NCBI GenBank assembly: GCA_036378295.1
Contig: DASUWS010000232.1
Location: 10,387 to 74,386 of the forward strand
DNA: 64,000 nt
Direction: 5' to 3'
Source: Ktedonobacterales bacterium
Lineage (GTDB): Bacteria > Chloroflexota > Ktedonobacteria > Ktedonobacterales > JADMIN01
Numbering within the stretch: the stretch's first letter is position 1; each line of letters starts with the position of its first letter. Below the pieces are notes generated by a model, which did no database searches, was not told the DNA's origin, and saw only the letters and a program-made list of their open reading frames with translations. Both the position numbers and the translations under genes were made by a program. Positions 18,839 through 27,939 of this stretch are shown here, piece after piece.

Positions 18839-19978
18839 CTACGGGCGAAGACCTGCGCCACCAGCTCGCGGCGGGTACTCGTGCCATGCGCCATCCACAA
18901 AGTGGAGCAGCTCCCAGCGGAAATCTCCGTCAGCGTAGGGAGGTACCGCGTAATGTGCCGCAGCCCAGTACTCGCCTGGAGCCGCGCGGACCATCGAGCC
19001 GATGTGGGTAATGTCTGTGAAGGGCCAGTCTACGTTCTGCCATGACAGGTCCAGCGTGCCAGATGCGTGTTGGGAGGTGGCAATCACATCGTTCGGCCAA
19101 CGGGGATCAGACTCTTTCGGGTGTACCTTGACGAACGCCCAGGCGTCCATCCGGTCGAGGAGTACGATCTCCTGGGCCGCCGGGTCTGCTCCAGTCTGGA
19201 TGGAGTGCCATCCCGTGCCGTCATCCTGAAGCACGACCGCTGGTGGGGGTAAAGCCCCCCGAGAAAAGGACGGTTGCCATCCAGTGGCGTAGCCGGTTGT
19301 AGCGGACTGCATGCACAGAGCGCCAAGCAGGGCCCGGCCCGGTGCGGGTGTGGCAGTCCACTGGCCCTGCTGGTAATGTCCAATCGTCGAATCGTTGCGG
19401 TGAGGCCCCTTCGTGGACGCATTGCCGACGAGCCAGAGGTCATCTGGGCCAACAGGCACGAAATCCCATATCAGGGGTGTCGGAACAGTAACCGGCGTCC
19501 ATGTGTCATTCTGGTAATGCAGGAGCAGACTCCTGATCTGGCCACGCCAGGACCTCTCCGGGTTGACTACGATCCAGCCCTCATCCGCTGAGAGCATGCG
19601 GATGCCGCCAAAGTACGACCCACCTGTCGGCTGAAATGGAACCGCAACCTGCCGCCAATGGCCATCGACGTAGCGCAGCAGGTAGCTCCGGCTCTTGTCC
19701 TGGCTGAATCCCGTTACCCATCCGTCGTCTGGAGAGATCACAGCTATGCCATCCAGAAAAGCGATGGAGAGAGGGTCATCAACCGGCCGCCACGCATGGT
19801 CATGGTAGCGCATAATCAGGCCAGATTGCAGCGTATGGAAGTCGGGGGCAAAGACGCCCCCGACCAGCCATCCTTCGCTGGGTGAAGTCATGGTAAGCTC
19901 GAAGATGGTCGCCCGCTCCGGCAAGTCTACCGTGATTGGTTTCGATATGCTCTGATGCATTGCTTTCCCCTGCCACAT
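18839..19978 (-). CDS. Hypothetical protein with repeated GW(L/V/I)VG ... Y..G.W motifs (beta-propeller-like, Ycf48/BNR-like)
   Basis: The recurring pattern is EGWLVGG, DGWVTGF, EGWIVVN, DLWLVGN and GYATGW, alternating with RYHDHAWRPV, RYVDGHWRQV, HYQNDTWTPV, HYQQGQWTAT and HFVDGAWHEY. No signal peptide is seen. The alternative start is at 19960. Confidence 0.5.
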   Translation of the reverse strand: MWQGKAMHQSISKPITVDLPERATIFELTMTSPSEGWLVGGVFAPDFHTLQSGLIMRYHDHAWRPVDDPLSIAFLDGIAVISPDDGWVTGFSQDKSRSYLLRYVDGHWRQVAVPFQPTGGSYFGGIRMLSADEGWIVVNPERSWRGQIRSLLLHYQNDTWTPVTVPTPLIWDFVPVGPDDLWLVGNASTKGPHRNDSTIGHYQQGQWTATPAPGRALLGALCMQSATTGYATGWQPSFSRGALPPPAVVLQDDGTGWHSIQTGADPAAQEIVLLDRMDAWAFVKVHPKESDPRWPNDVIATSQHASGTLDLSWQNVDWPFTDITHIGSMVRAAPGEYWAAAHYAVPPYADGDFRWELLHFVDGAWHEYPPRAGGAGLRP

Positions 19979-20022
19979 TGAACCATGTCACACTGGGGAT
20001 CGCCCCACCTGAACCGTATCTT

Positions 20023-20583
20023 TCACACCGGCTGAAGCGGCTGATGTGGCGCGGCTGGCAGCTCGACGGTGATCGAGTCGCCCGGGCGCACCACACCGCC
20101 AGCGATCACCACCGCCATCACGCCCGCCTTGCGAATCAGGTTGCCCTGTGCGTCGCGATCCAGCACCGCCGCCATCAGACCCCGCTGAATGCCATCCAGT
20201 TGCGAGCAAGGGTTACGCAGGCCCGTGACCTCGATAATCGCCTGCTCGCCCAACCGCAGCCGCGCACCAGTGGGCAGGCCAAGCAGGTCCACACCCTGCG
20301 TGGTGATGTTCTCGCCCATCTGCCCAAACGCAACGGCGAAGCCCGCCGCGCGCAATGTATCATGGAGTTCGGCGTGAATCAGGTGTACCTGGCGCAGATT
20401 CGGCTGAAATGGGTTCTTCAGCACCCGCGAGCGATGCTTGACGGTCGTGCCCGCGTGCGCGTCGCCCGCGACGCCCAGCCCCTCCAGCAGTTGAATCTCC
20501 GCCTGGTTAGGTTTCGCCATGGTATGCGTCGCGCTGCTACTGACTGCCACGACACGCCCGTTCGCCGGATATTCCCGCTCCAT
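20023..20583 (-). CDS. MOSC domain-containing protein
   Basis: The translation shows GLGVAGDAHAG, RQVHLIHAEL, GENITTQGVDL, IEVTGLRNPCSQLD and VRPGDSITV. The ATG at 20583 lies 1 nt after the tpiA stop, and the track ORF's first 59 codons overlap tpiA. Confidence 0.85.
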   Translation of the reverse strand: MEREYPANGRVVAVSSSATHTMAKPNQAEIQLLEGLGVAGDAHAGTTVKHRSRVLKNPFQPNLRQVHLIHAELHDTLRAAGFAVAFGQMGENITTQGVDLLGLPTGARLRLGEQAIIEVTGLRNPCSQLDGIQRGLMAAVLDRDAQGNLIRKAGVMAVVIAGGVVRPGDSITVELPAAPHQPLQPV

Positions 20584-20584
20584 A

Positions 20585-21361
20585 TCAGGCGCTCTTTGCT
20601 CGAAGTGTCTGGCGCGCAATCTCGACGAAATCAGGCCGCAGGCTCGCGCCGCCAACCAGCGACCCATCGATATCGGGAATGGCAGCGAATGTAGCCGCGT
20701 TCGCCGTGGTGACGCTTCCGCCATACAGCACGCGCACGCCCGACGCCTCGACCGTGCCATACATCTCCACCAGCAGCGCGCGGATCAGCGCGGCAACATC
20801 CGCGGCATCCAGAGGTGTCGCGGCGCGTCCTGTGCCAATGGCCCAGACCGGCTCGTAGGCTACCACCAGTTCGTTCAGGCGCTCCGCGGGCAGGCCCTTC
20901 AGGCTGCCATAGACTTGTGAGGTGATGACGCGCTCCGTCCGGCCTGCGTCACGGTCTTCGAGGTGCTCGCCGACGCAGACGATGGGCCAGATATCATGCT
21001 CGAAGGCTGCCACAGCCTTGCGATTCACCAGATCATCGGTCTCGCCAAAGTAGGTACGTCGCTCAGAATGGCCGACGATGACGTAGTCGCACAGCCCCTG
21101 GAGCATCGTCGGCGAAACCTCACCAGTGAAGGCGCCCTGCTCTTCGTAATACATGTTCTGCGCGCCCAGCTTGATGTTCGTCCCCGTCAGCACCGCATGC
21201 ACCGCGGGCAGCGAAATCGTGGGCGGACAGAGCACAATCTCGACGCCGCGCACCGTCACCAGCTCGCTGAGCATGCTCGCGGCAAAGTCGCGCGCCTCGG
21301 TTGGGCCGAGATGCATCTTCCAGTTGCCCGCTACCATGGGCTTGCGATCACTCACCGGCAT
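20585..21361 (-). CDS. tpiA: Triose-phosphate isomerase
   Basis: Present are MVAGNWKMH, VGHSERR, CVGE, AYEPVWAIGTG and YGGSV. Confidence 0.95.
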   Translation of the reverse strand: MPVSDRKPMVAGNWKMHLGPTEARDFAASMLSELVTVRGVEIVLCPPTISLPAVHAVLTGTNIKLGAQNMYYEEQGAFTGEVSPTMLQGLCDYVIVGHSERRTYFGETDDLVNRKAVAAFEHDIWPIVCVGEHLEDRDAGRTERVITSQVYGSLKGLPAERLNELVVAYEPVWAIGTGRAATPLDAADVAALIRALLVEMYGTVEASGVRVLYGGSVTTANAATFAAIPDIDGSLVGGASLRPDFVEIARQTLRAKSA

Positions 21362-21391
21362 TCCTCCTCCATCCCTCCGTCTCCGTCACCG

Positions 21392-22597
21392 TCAAGCTCG
21401 CGCATCGCGGTCGCGTAGCGCCGCAACCCCGGGCAGCTCGCGCCCCTCCAGGAACTCCAGCGACGCGCCTCCGCCCGTCGAGACATGTGTCACCTTGTCG
21501 GCTGCGCCAGCCGCCTCAACCGCCGCCGCCGAATCGCCACCCCCGACAATCGTGATCGCGCCAGCCTCGGTTCGCTCCACGAGCAGCGCAATCAGCGCGT
21601 TGGTTCCCTGTGCGAATTTGGGGAACTCCGCGACGCCGAGCGTGCCGTTAAAGATGATCGTCTCCGCATCGGCGAGCACCTCGCCAAACGCGAGAATCGT
21701 CTGCGGGCCAACGTCGAGAATGCGCCAGCCCTCATGGATGTTATCGGGCGTCGTGATCGTGCGCTCGGCATCGTTGGAGAACTTCTCCCCGACCGCGACA
21801 TCCACCGGAAGCACGAAACGCTTGCCAGCGGCCTGTGCCTTCGCTTCGAGACGGCGCGCCTCGTCGAGCTTATCGTCTTCCACCAGCGAATCGCCGACGA
21901 ACAGCCCGTTCGCCTTGAAGAACGTGTTTGCCATACCCCCACCAATCAAGATGGCATCGGCGATATCTATCAGGCGATCCAGCACGGCAATCTTGTCAGA
22001 GACTTTCGCGCCGCCGGAAATGGCGACGAAGGGACGCTTCGGGTTTTCCAGCGCGGAGCCGAGGAAGTTCAGCTCTTTCTCCATCAGGAAGCCCGCGACG
22101 GCTGGCAGGTCATGGGCGACGCCCTCGGTGCTGGCGTGAGCGCGGTGCGCGGTGCCAAACGCATCGTTAACGTAGATATCGCCGAGCGCGGCAAGCTGCT
22201 GGGCGAAGTTGGGGTCATTTGCCTCTTCTTCGGGATGGAAGCGCAGGTTTTCGAGCAACAGCACCTGGCCAGGCTGGAGCGCCTTCGCCTGGGCCGTTAC
22301 CTCTGGTCCCACACAATCCGGCGCGAGCGCCACGGGTTGGCCAAGCAGCTCGCTCAGCCGCTCTGCGACGGGCTTGAGGCTGTATGTGGGGTTCACCTTG
22401 CCCTTGGGACGGCCCAGATGGCTCATCAGAATGACCGCGGCGCCGTTATCCAGCAGATAGCGAATAGTGGGGAGCGACGCGCGAATGCGTGTATCGTCGG
22501 TGATTGTGCCGCCCTCATCGAGCGGCACATTGAAATCTACGCGCACCAGCACATGCTTGCCCCGCACATCCACATCGCGTACGGTGGCTTTGTTCAT
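21392..22597 (-). CDS. pgk: Phosphoglycerate kinase
   Basis: Present are [47 protein letters not shown] and STGGGASLE. Confidence 0.96.
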   Translation of the reverse strand: MNKATVRDVDVRGKHVLVRVDFNVPLDEGGTITDDTRIRASLPTIRYLLDNGAAVILMSHLGRPKGKVNPTYSLKPVAERLSELLGQPVALAPDCVGPEVTAQAKALQPGQVLLLENLRFHPEEEANDPNFAQQLAALGDIYVNDAFGTAHRAHASTEGVAHDLPAVAGFLMEKELNFLGSALENPKRPFVAISGGAKVSDKIAVLDRLIDIADAILIGGGMANTFFKANGLFVGDSLVEDDKLDEARRLEAKAQAAGKRFVLPVDVAVGEKFSNDAERTITTPDNIHEGWRILDVGPQTILAFGEVLADAETIIFNGTLGVAEFPKFAQGTNALIALLVERTEAGAITIVGGGDSAAAVEAAGAADKVTHVSTGGGASLEFLEGRELPGVAALRDRDARA

Positions 22598-22599
22598 AG

Positions 22600-23628
<1,029 letters not shown>

Positions 23629-23915
23629 TCAGAGCGAAAATCTGGAAACAGCCCAGGACGCGGCCCCATTGCCGCGCACCGCTCACCGAGGCTCAAGAGG
23701 CAGGCCAATACGCGCCTGTTTCGGCCCCGGCGCACCGGGAATATTGTATCACGCGAGACACCTCGCAGCGGAGAGCGGCGGGTGGCCTATTCCTCAGGCA
23801 AATCGAGGGCGGAAACGCGTCGCCCACGCACAGCCGATACAGTGGGCGTTATCATAGGTGTAGTGAGCGAGCGGACGCATCAGCAGATGCTTGGATGGTG
23901 TCAACCAGGGCGACA

Positions 23916-24527
23916 ATGGATACACACAGACTTGCGGATCTCACGCGTATCGGTGAAGTGGATGTACGGCGAGTCGCGGTGGCGCTGGCGCGGGCGTTTC
24001 AGGATGACCCGCTCATGCGCTACGCCATCCCGGACGCCAACGAGCGGCGGCGTATCTTGCCGTGGCTGATCAGCTTCAATGTGCGCTACGGCTGCCGCTA
24101 TGGCGAGGTCTATGCCACACCGGGATTCGCGGGCGCGGCGATCTGGTTGCCGCCGGAACATCCCACCTTCACCTTCTGGCGGATGGTGCGCGCGGGCATG
24201 CTCAGGGTGCCGCTACGGCTGGGCTGGCCCACCCTGCGGCGCATGATGGCGGTCGAGGGCACCGCGGCCGCGCTGCACACGCGATGCATGCCTGGCAAAC
24301 ATTGGTATCTCTCACAGATTGGCGTCGAGCCGTCACACCAGCGCCAGGGTGTCGCCTCGCGGCTGCTTCGCCCGATGCTCGCGCGAATTGATGCTGATGG
24401 GCTGTCCTGCTACCTGGAAACCGAGAACGAGGCGAATATCACACTCTACCAGCGCTTCGGCTTCCGAGTCGTCGCTGAGGACGCCATTGACGACGGCGGC
24501 CCGCATATCTGGGCGATGCTCCGCTAG
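23916..24527 (+). CDS. GNAT family N-acetyltransferase
   Basis: The C-terminal half reads WYLSQIGVEPSHQRQGVASRLLRPML...YLETENEANITLYQRFGF, giving the Q/R-x-x-G-x-A motif. The start is uncertain (ATG at 23916 or 23895). The track ORF start at 23607 overlaps the gap start and was rejected. Confidence 0.75.
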   Translation: MDTHRLADLTRIGEVDVRRVAVALARAFQDDPLMRYAIPDANERRRILPWLISFNVRYGCRYGEVYATPGFAGAAIWLPPEHPTFTFWRMVRAGMLRVPLRLGWPTLRRMMAVEGTAAALHTRCMPGKHWYLSQIGVEPSHQRQGVASRLLRPMLARIDADGLSCYLETENEANITLYQRFGFRVVAEDAIDDGGPHIWAMLR

Positions 24528-24550
24528 TCTCCCCAGACCTCACCCCCACC

Positions 24551-24571
24551 CCCTCTCCCACGGGGAGAGGG
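24551..24571. repeat. CCCTCTCCC/GGGAGAGGG hairpin (member of a dispersed hairpin family)
   Basis: A 9-bp perfect stem with a 3-nt loop, lying between the convergent GNAT and aspS genes. Confidence 0.8.
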
Positions 24572-24613
24572 AAACCAGAAACGTTGCCCGTTGGCCGCTC
24601 TGCTCGTCTGCGG

Positions 24614-24637
24614 CCCCTCCCCTCGCGGGGGGAGGGG
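24614..24637. repeat. CCCCTCCCC/GGGGAGGGG hairpin (family member)
   Basis: A 9-bp perfect stem with a 6-nt loop. A third small hairpin, GAGAGG-tccg-CCTCTC at 24645-24660, abuts the aspS stop. Confidence 0.8.
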
Positions 24638-24659
24638 GTAGGGGGAGAGGTCCGCCTCT

Positions 24660-26012
24660 CTATGGGCGCAAGCGATTAATATCGCGCGGAAAGAGTGTCG
24701 CCAGCTTCACTGACGGCAATCCGGTGAGCAGCGTGAGCAGACGCTCCAGCCCGATGGCGAAGCCGCCATGCGGAGGCATACCATAGCGGAATGCTTCCAG
24801 ATAATCGGCGAATGGCTCCGGCGAGATGCCGCGCTCAGCCAGTGCCGCCAGATAGTCTCCGTAGCGATGGAGCCGCTGCCCACCAGTCATCAACTCCATT
24901 CCGCGGAAGATCAGGTCCGCCGAGTTGGAGTACCCTGGCCGAGCGGGATCAGGGTGCGTGTAGAATGGGCGCTTGCTCATAGGATACCCCGTGACGAAGA
25001 GGAAGTCGCTGCCGTGCTCAGCGCGTGCCCACTCGCCGAGCCAGCGCTCATCCTGTGGCGAGAGGTCCGGCTCGCCTCGCACGTCCACCCCGTGCAACTG
25101 GAAGATCAATTCCTGTGCCTCAGCGAAGTGAATATGTGGAATCTCCGCGGGCACCTCTGGCAGCGTCACGCCCAGCAAGGCAAGGTCAGCGGCATTGGCG
25201 GCGCGGAATCGCTCCATCATCGCCGCCAACACCTCACGAGCAACCGCCATGACGGTGAAGTGGCTCTCGATGAAGCCCATCTCCATATCCAGGCTGACAT
25301 ACTCGTTGATATGGCGCGTGGTGTCGTGTGGCTCGGCGCGGAAAACCGGCCCAACCTCGAAGACGCGCTCGAAGACGCCAACCATGATCTGCTTGTAGAA
25401 CTGCGGACTCTGCGCCAGATACGCGGGACGGCCAAAGTAGTCCAGCGCGAAGACGTTGGCCCCGCCCTCAGTGGCCGATTCGACCAGCTTAGGCGACTGT
25501 ATCTCGGTGAAGCCGCGCGCGCTGAGCGCTTCGCGGAAGCCAGCCATCGCGCTCGCCCCAAGACGGAAGACGGCGCGGCGCGTGGGATGGCGCGTGGTGA
25601 TGACCGCCTCGTCCAGCAGCGTTGTCAGGTTCGCCTTCAGCTCGCGCTTGCCCAGCGTGACAGGCAACGTCTCGGTGACGGCGGTGAGCACAGTGATGCG
25701 CGGCTCCCGCAATTCGATGCCACCGGGCGCCTGGCTGGCGGTCGCCACAACCCCCTCCACCAGCAGGACGCTCTCGGGGCCAGCGTGCGCGGCACGCAGC
25801 GGCGCCAACTCATCCTCTGTGGCGGCGACTACCTGCACAATGCCCCAGCCATCGCGCAGGATGAGGAAGCTGATACCGCCCAGACGGCGCAATGCATGCA
25901 GCCAGCCCGCTATCTGGACGCGCTCGCCAACGTGCGCGGCGACCTCGCTGGAGGGAATGCGCGAGTTGGACGGGACAGAAATGGAAGACGACAGATCTGT
26001 CGGTGTAGGCAT
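24660..26012 (-). CDS. aspS: Aspartate--tRNA ligase, archaeal/type-2 (about 450 aa, possibly non-discriminating)
   Basis: An OB-fold N-terminus reads VQIAGWLHALRRLGGISFLILRDGWGIVQVV. The class II motifs are QSPQFYKQ, FRAEPHDTTRHINEY and GGFAIGLERL, and the C-terminus is FPRDINRLRP, as in AspRS2. AGGAG is the RBS and an in-frame TAG lies upstream. The T-box leader upstream fits an aaRS gene. Confidence 0.88.
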   Translation of the reverse strand: MPTPTDLSSSISVPSNSRIPSSEVAAHVGERVQIAGWLHALRRLGGISFLILRDGWGIVQVVAATEDELAPLRAAHAGPESVLLVEGVVATASQAPGGIELREPRITVLTAVTETLPVTLGKRELKANLTTLLDEAVITTRHPTRRAVFRLGASAMAGFREALSARGFTEIQSPKLVESATEGGANVFALDYFGRPAYLAQSPQFYKQIMVGVFERVFEVGPVFRAEPHDTTRHINEYVSLDMEMGFIESHFTVMAVAREVLAAMMERFRAANAADLALLGVTLPEVPAEIPHIHFAEAQELIFQLHGVDVRGEPDLSPQDERWLGEWARAEHGSDFLFVTGYPMSKRPFYTHPDPARPGYSNSADLIFRGMELMTGGQRLHRYGDYLAALAERGISPEPFADYLEAFRYGMPPHGGFAIGLERLLTLLTGLPSVKLATLFPRDINRLRP

Positions 26013-26248
26013 GAGAATGCTCCTATGCGTGTGCTAATCCTGGCCTGCCATCCTGTTTGCTGTTGATGCTGGGAAGGACGCCCCTGGCAGACCAGCCACA
26101 CTGGCATCACGCATTTCTCAGGCGTCTCCCCCCGGGTTGGCGTCCCCGGTATCGTCGTCGTCATCCATCGCATGTCTCTCCTTGAAACTGTCCCCTCTCC
26201 GTGTCGGGGAGGGGGAACACAACGGGCTGGGATGGGGTGGCGCGCGTA

Positions 26249-26278
26249 CAATCAATGCGCATGCAATCAATGCGCATA
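26249..26278. repeat. 15-bp tandem repeat (CAATCAATGCGCAT[G/A]) x2
   Basis: Copies lie at 26249-26263 and 26264-26278. Each contains the palindrome ATGCGCAT. The repeat sits immediately 3' (on the minus strand) of the T-box terminator U-tract. Confidence 0.9.
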
Positions 26279-26317
26279 CAAAAAGCCCTCATCCTCACAA
26301 TTCTGGAGGACGAGGGC
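26278..26317 (-). terminator. Intrinsic terminator of the T-box leader
   Basis: On the minus strand, GCCCUCGUCCUC (complement of 26306-26317), an 8-9 nt loop and GAGGAUGAGGGC (26285-26296) form 12 bp with one G-U pair. UUUUUGU follows at 26278-26284. Confidence 0.85.
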
Positions 26318-26459
26318 CTACGCGCCGGCTCGTGGTGCCACCACCATTCGCTCCGGTGCACTGCGATGCGAACCATACGCAACGGAGCCTCTCTGGCCAG
26401 CCATGATACGCTGACCATTCGCGCGCTAACGGGCGCATCCCGACTCCGGCTACTGAGCG

Positions 26460-26481
26460 CATAGGATCGGCATAGGATCGG
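26460..26481. repeat. 11-bp tandem duplication inside the T-box Stem I region
   Basis: The plus strand reads CATAGGATCGG twice. On the leader strand this is CCGAUCCUAUG twice, and each copy carries GAU. Confidence 0.9.
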
Positions 26482-26606
26482 CGCAGGTTCACCGGGTGGC
26501 TCTGGGAGGTCTGTCGGGCTGGTCCGCGTCGGCGCTCGCAGCATACGCGCCGCTCTCTGCATCGCTGGCAACAACCAAACGGTTCCCATCACAGCCGTAT
26601 AGCGCA

Positions 26607-26636
26607 ACTGTATCACATGACGAGGGGAGCTATCAA
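26607..26636 (-). promoter_or_regulatory. Candidate promoter for the aspS T-box leader
   Basis: On the minus strand, TTGATA (complement of 26631-26636) is followed by an 18-nt spacer and TACAGT (26607-26612). The -10 is preceded by TGA, which is extended -10 like. Confidence 0.45.
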
Positions 26637-26753
26637 GCACTCGTTGCCGCTCTCCTGGACAACAGGGCAGCCGTGTGGTAGCACGTGCCTGAACGGGTGC
26701 GCTACGTATCCGCATGCCTGGAGCAGATTGGAGAGATGAGGGAGGTCCATGCC

Positions 26754-27125
26754 ATGAGATTCGGTTTGTTCTTGCTGCGGTGGGCATTGAATGCTCTCGC
26801 GCTGCTTGGTGTCGCGTGGCTGCTGAAGGATATCCACGCGACGGTTGCAGGCGCTATCCTGGCGGCGTTGGTGATTGGCATTCTCAACGCGGTCATCGGC
26901 CCGATCCTCAGGCTGCTGACGTTCCCCATCACCATCGTGACGCTCGGCCTCTTTCTGCTGGTGATCAATGCGGTGCTCTTCTGGCTGGCATCGCTCATCA
27001 CCCCAGACTTCCAGGTGACGAGCCTGTTCGCGGTCATCGTGGGTTCGATCCTCTACTCGATCCTGACCACGATCATCTCCTTCGTTGTGCGCAGCCCCAG
27101 ACGATCTGACGCGGCCAATAAGTAG
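26754..27125 (+). CDS. Phage-holin-4_2/DUF360 family membrane protein
   Basis: The translation shows MRFGLFLLRWALNALALLGVAWLL, GILNAVIGPILRLLTFPITIVTLGLFLLVINAVLFWLAS and four TM segments. GGGAGG lies 8 nt upstream of the ATG at 26754. Confidence 0.7.
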   Translation: MRFGLFLLRWALNALALLGVAWLLKDIHATVAGAILAALVIGILNAVIGPILRLLTFPITIVTLGLFLLVINAVLFWLASLITPDFQVTSLFAVIVGSILYSILTTIISFVVRSPRRSDAANK

Positions 27126-27154
27126 GCACCTGGCTCTGGCGGGTTTGCATCTTT

Positions 27155-27179
27155 GCCTCTCTCCACACCGGAGAGGGGC
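27155..27179 (+). terminator. Hairpin GCCTCTCTCC/GGAGAGGGGC (family member) followed by a T-rich tract
   Basis: A 10-bp stem (one G-U pair) with a 5-nt loop, then TTACTATTTCTT, located 30 nt after the DUF360 stop. Confidence 0.6.
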
Positions 27180-27289
27180 TTACTATTTCTTGCTCGTGCG
27201 TGTGTGTCCTGGCCCATCTTGTGCTACAAAACTACTTTCGTGACATTGGCCATGTAACTCCTTGTACCAGACTCTGGAGAAATGTACAC

Positions 27290-27847
27290 ATGACAACGCA
27301 GCAGGCTACCCGGACGCACGCCAGCGCGCGCGTGAAGACCTATCCCGCGCCCAAGCAACTGGCCACACCAACCGATCTATCCCAGGACGATGTCAAGGCG
27401 ATTACCGAAGCGCTCAACCCATTGGTCGCGGATGCCTTCGCCCTCTACGTCAAGACCAAGAACTTCCACTGGCATCTCTCCGGCTCGCACTTCCGCGACT
27501 ACCATCTGCTCTTCGACGAGCACGCCGAGGCGATCTTCACCTCGATTGACACAGTGGCTGAGCGGGTTCGGCGCATTGGCGGCACGACAATCCGCAGCAT
27601 TGGCCATATCAGCCAGTTACAGACCATTCAGGATGATAATGACGAATTCGTGCCACCTGGCGAGATGGCGCGGCGGCTGATGGACGATAACGCGCATCTG
27701 GCGAAGATGCAGCGGGCAGCGCATCAGGTCTGCGAGCAGCATCGCGACGTGGCGACAGCGAGCGAGCTAGAGATCATCATCGACCAGACCGAGCGGCGCA
27801 CCTGGTTCCTCTATGAGGTCTGCCAGGGCATGGATAACACGCAGTAG
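27290..27847 (+). CDS. dps: Dps family DNA-protection/ferritin-like protein
   Basis: The segment LNPLVADAFALYVKTKNFHWHLSGSHFRDYHLLFDEHAEAIFTSIDTVAERVRRIGG carries the ferroxidase ligands. The ATG at 27290 is preceded by GGAGA. Confidence 0.9.
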   Translation: MTTQQATRTHASARVKTYPAPKQLATPTDLSQDDVKAITEALNPLVADAFALYVKTKNFHWHLSGSHFRDYHLLFDEHAEAIFTSIDTVAERVRRIGGTTIRSIGHISQLQTIQDDNDEFVPPGEMARRLMDDNAHLAKMQRAAHQVCEQHRDVATASELEIIIDQTERRTWFLYEVCQGMDNTQ

Positions 27848-27874
27848 CGCGCTGGCCAAACCGCACTCCCTGCA

Positions 27875-27898
27875 CCCCCTCCCTGCCCTGGGAGGGGG
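27875..27898 (+). terminator. Intrinsic terminator of dps (CCCCCTCCC/GGGAGGGGG family hairpin + T-tract)
   Basis: A 9-bp perfect stem with a 6-nt loop, followed by CTTTTTGTATC. Confidence 0.85.
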
Positions 27899-27939
27899 CT
27901 TTTTGTATCTGCTCGCGGTGAGCGGAGAGGAGATGGCCG

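Larger units (their letters stand above)
26278..26600 (-). promoter_or_regulatory. T-box riboswitch leader of aspS
   Basis: Reading the minus strand 5' to 3', the elements appear in canonical order:
- GA/K-turn-like GCGAUGC (complement of 26559-26565)
- AGAGAG box (26553-26558)
- AGUA box (26451-26454)
- F-box CCGUUA (26427-26432)
- T-box sequence AAUGGUGGUGGCACCACGAG (26329-26348; consensus AAnnnGGGUGGUACCGCG)
- a terminator hairpin followed by UUUUUGU. Confidence 0.8.
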
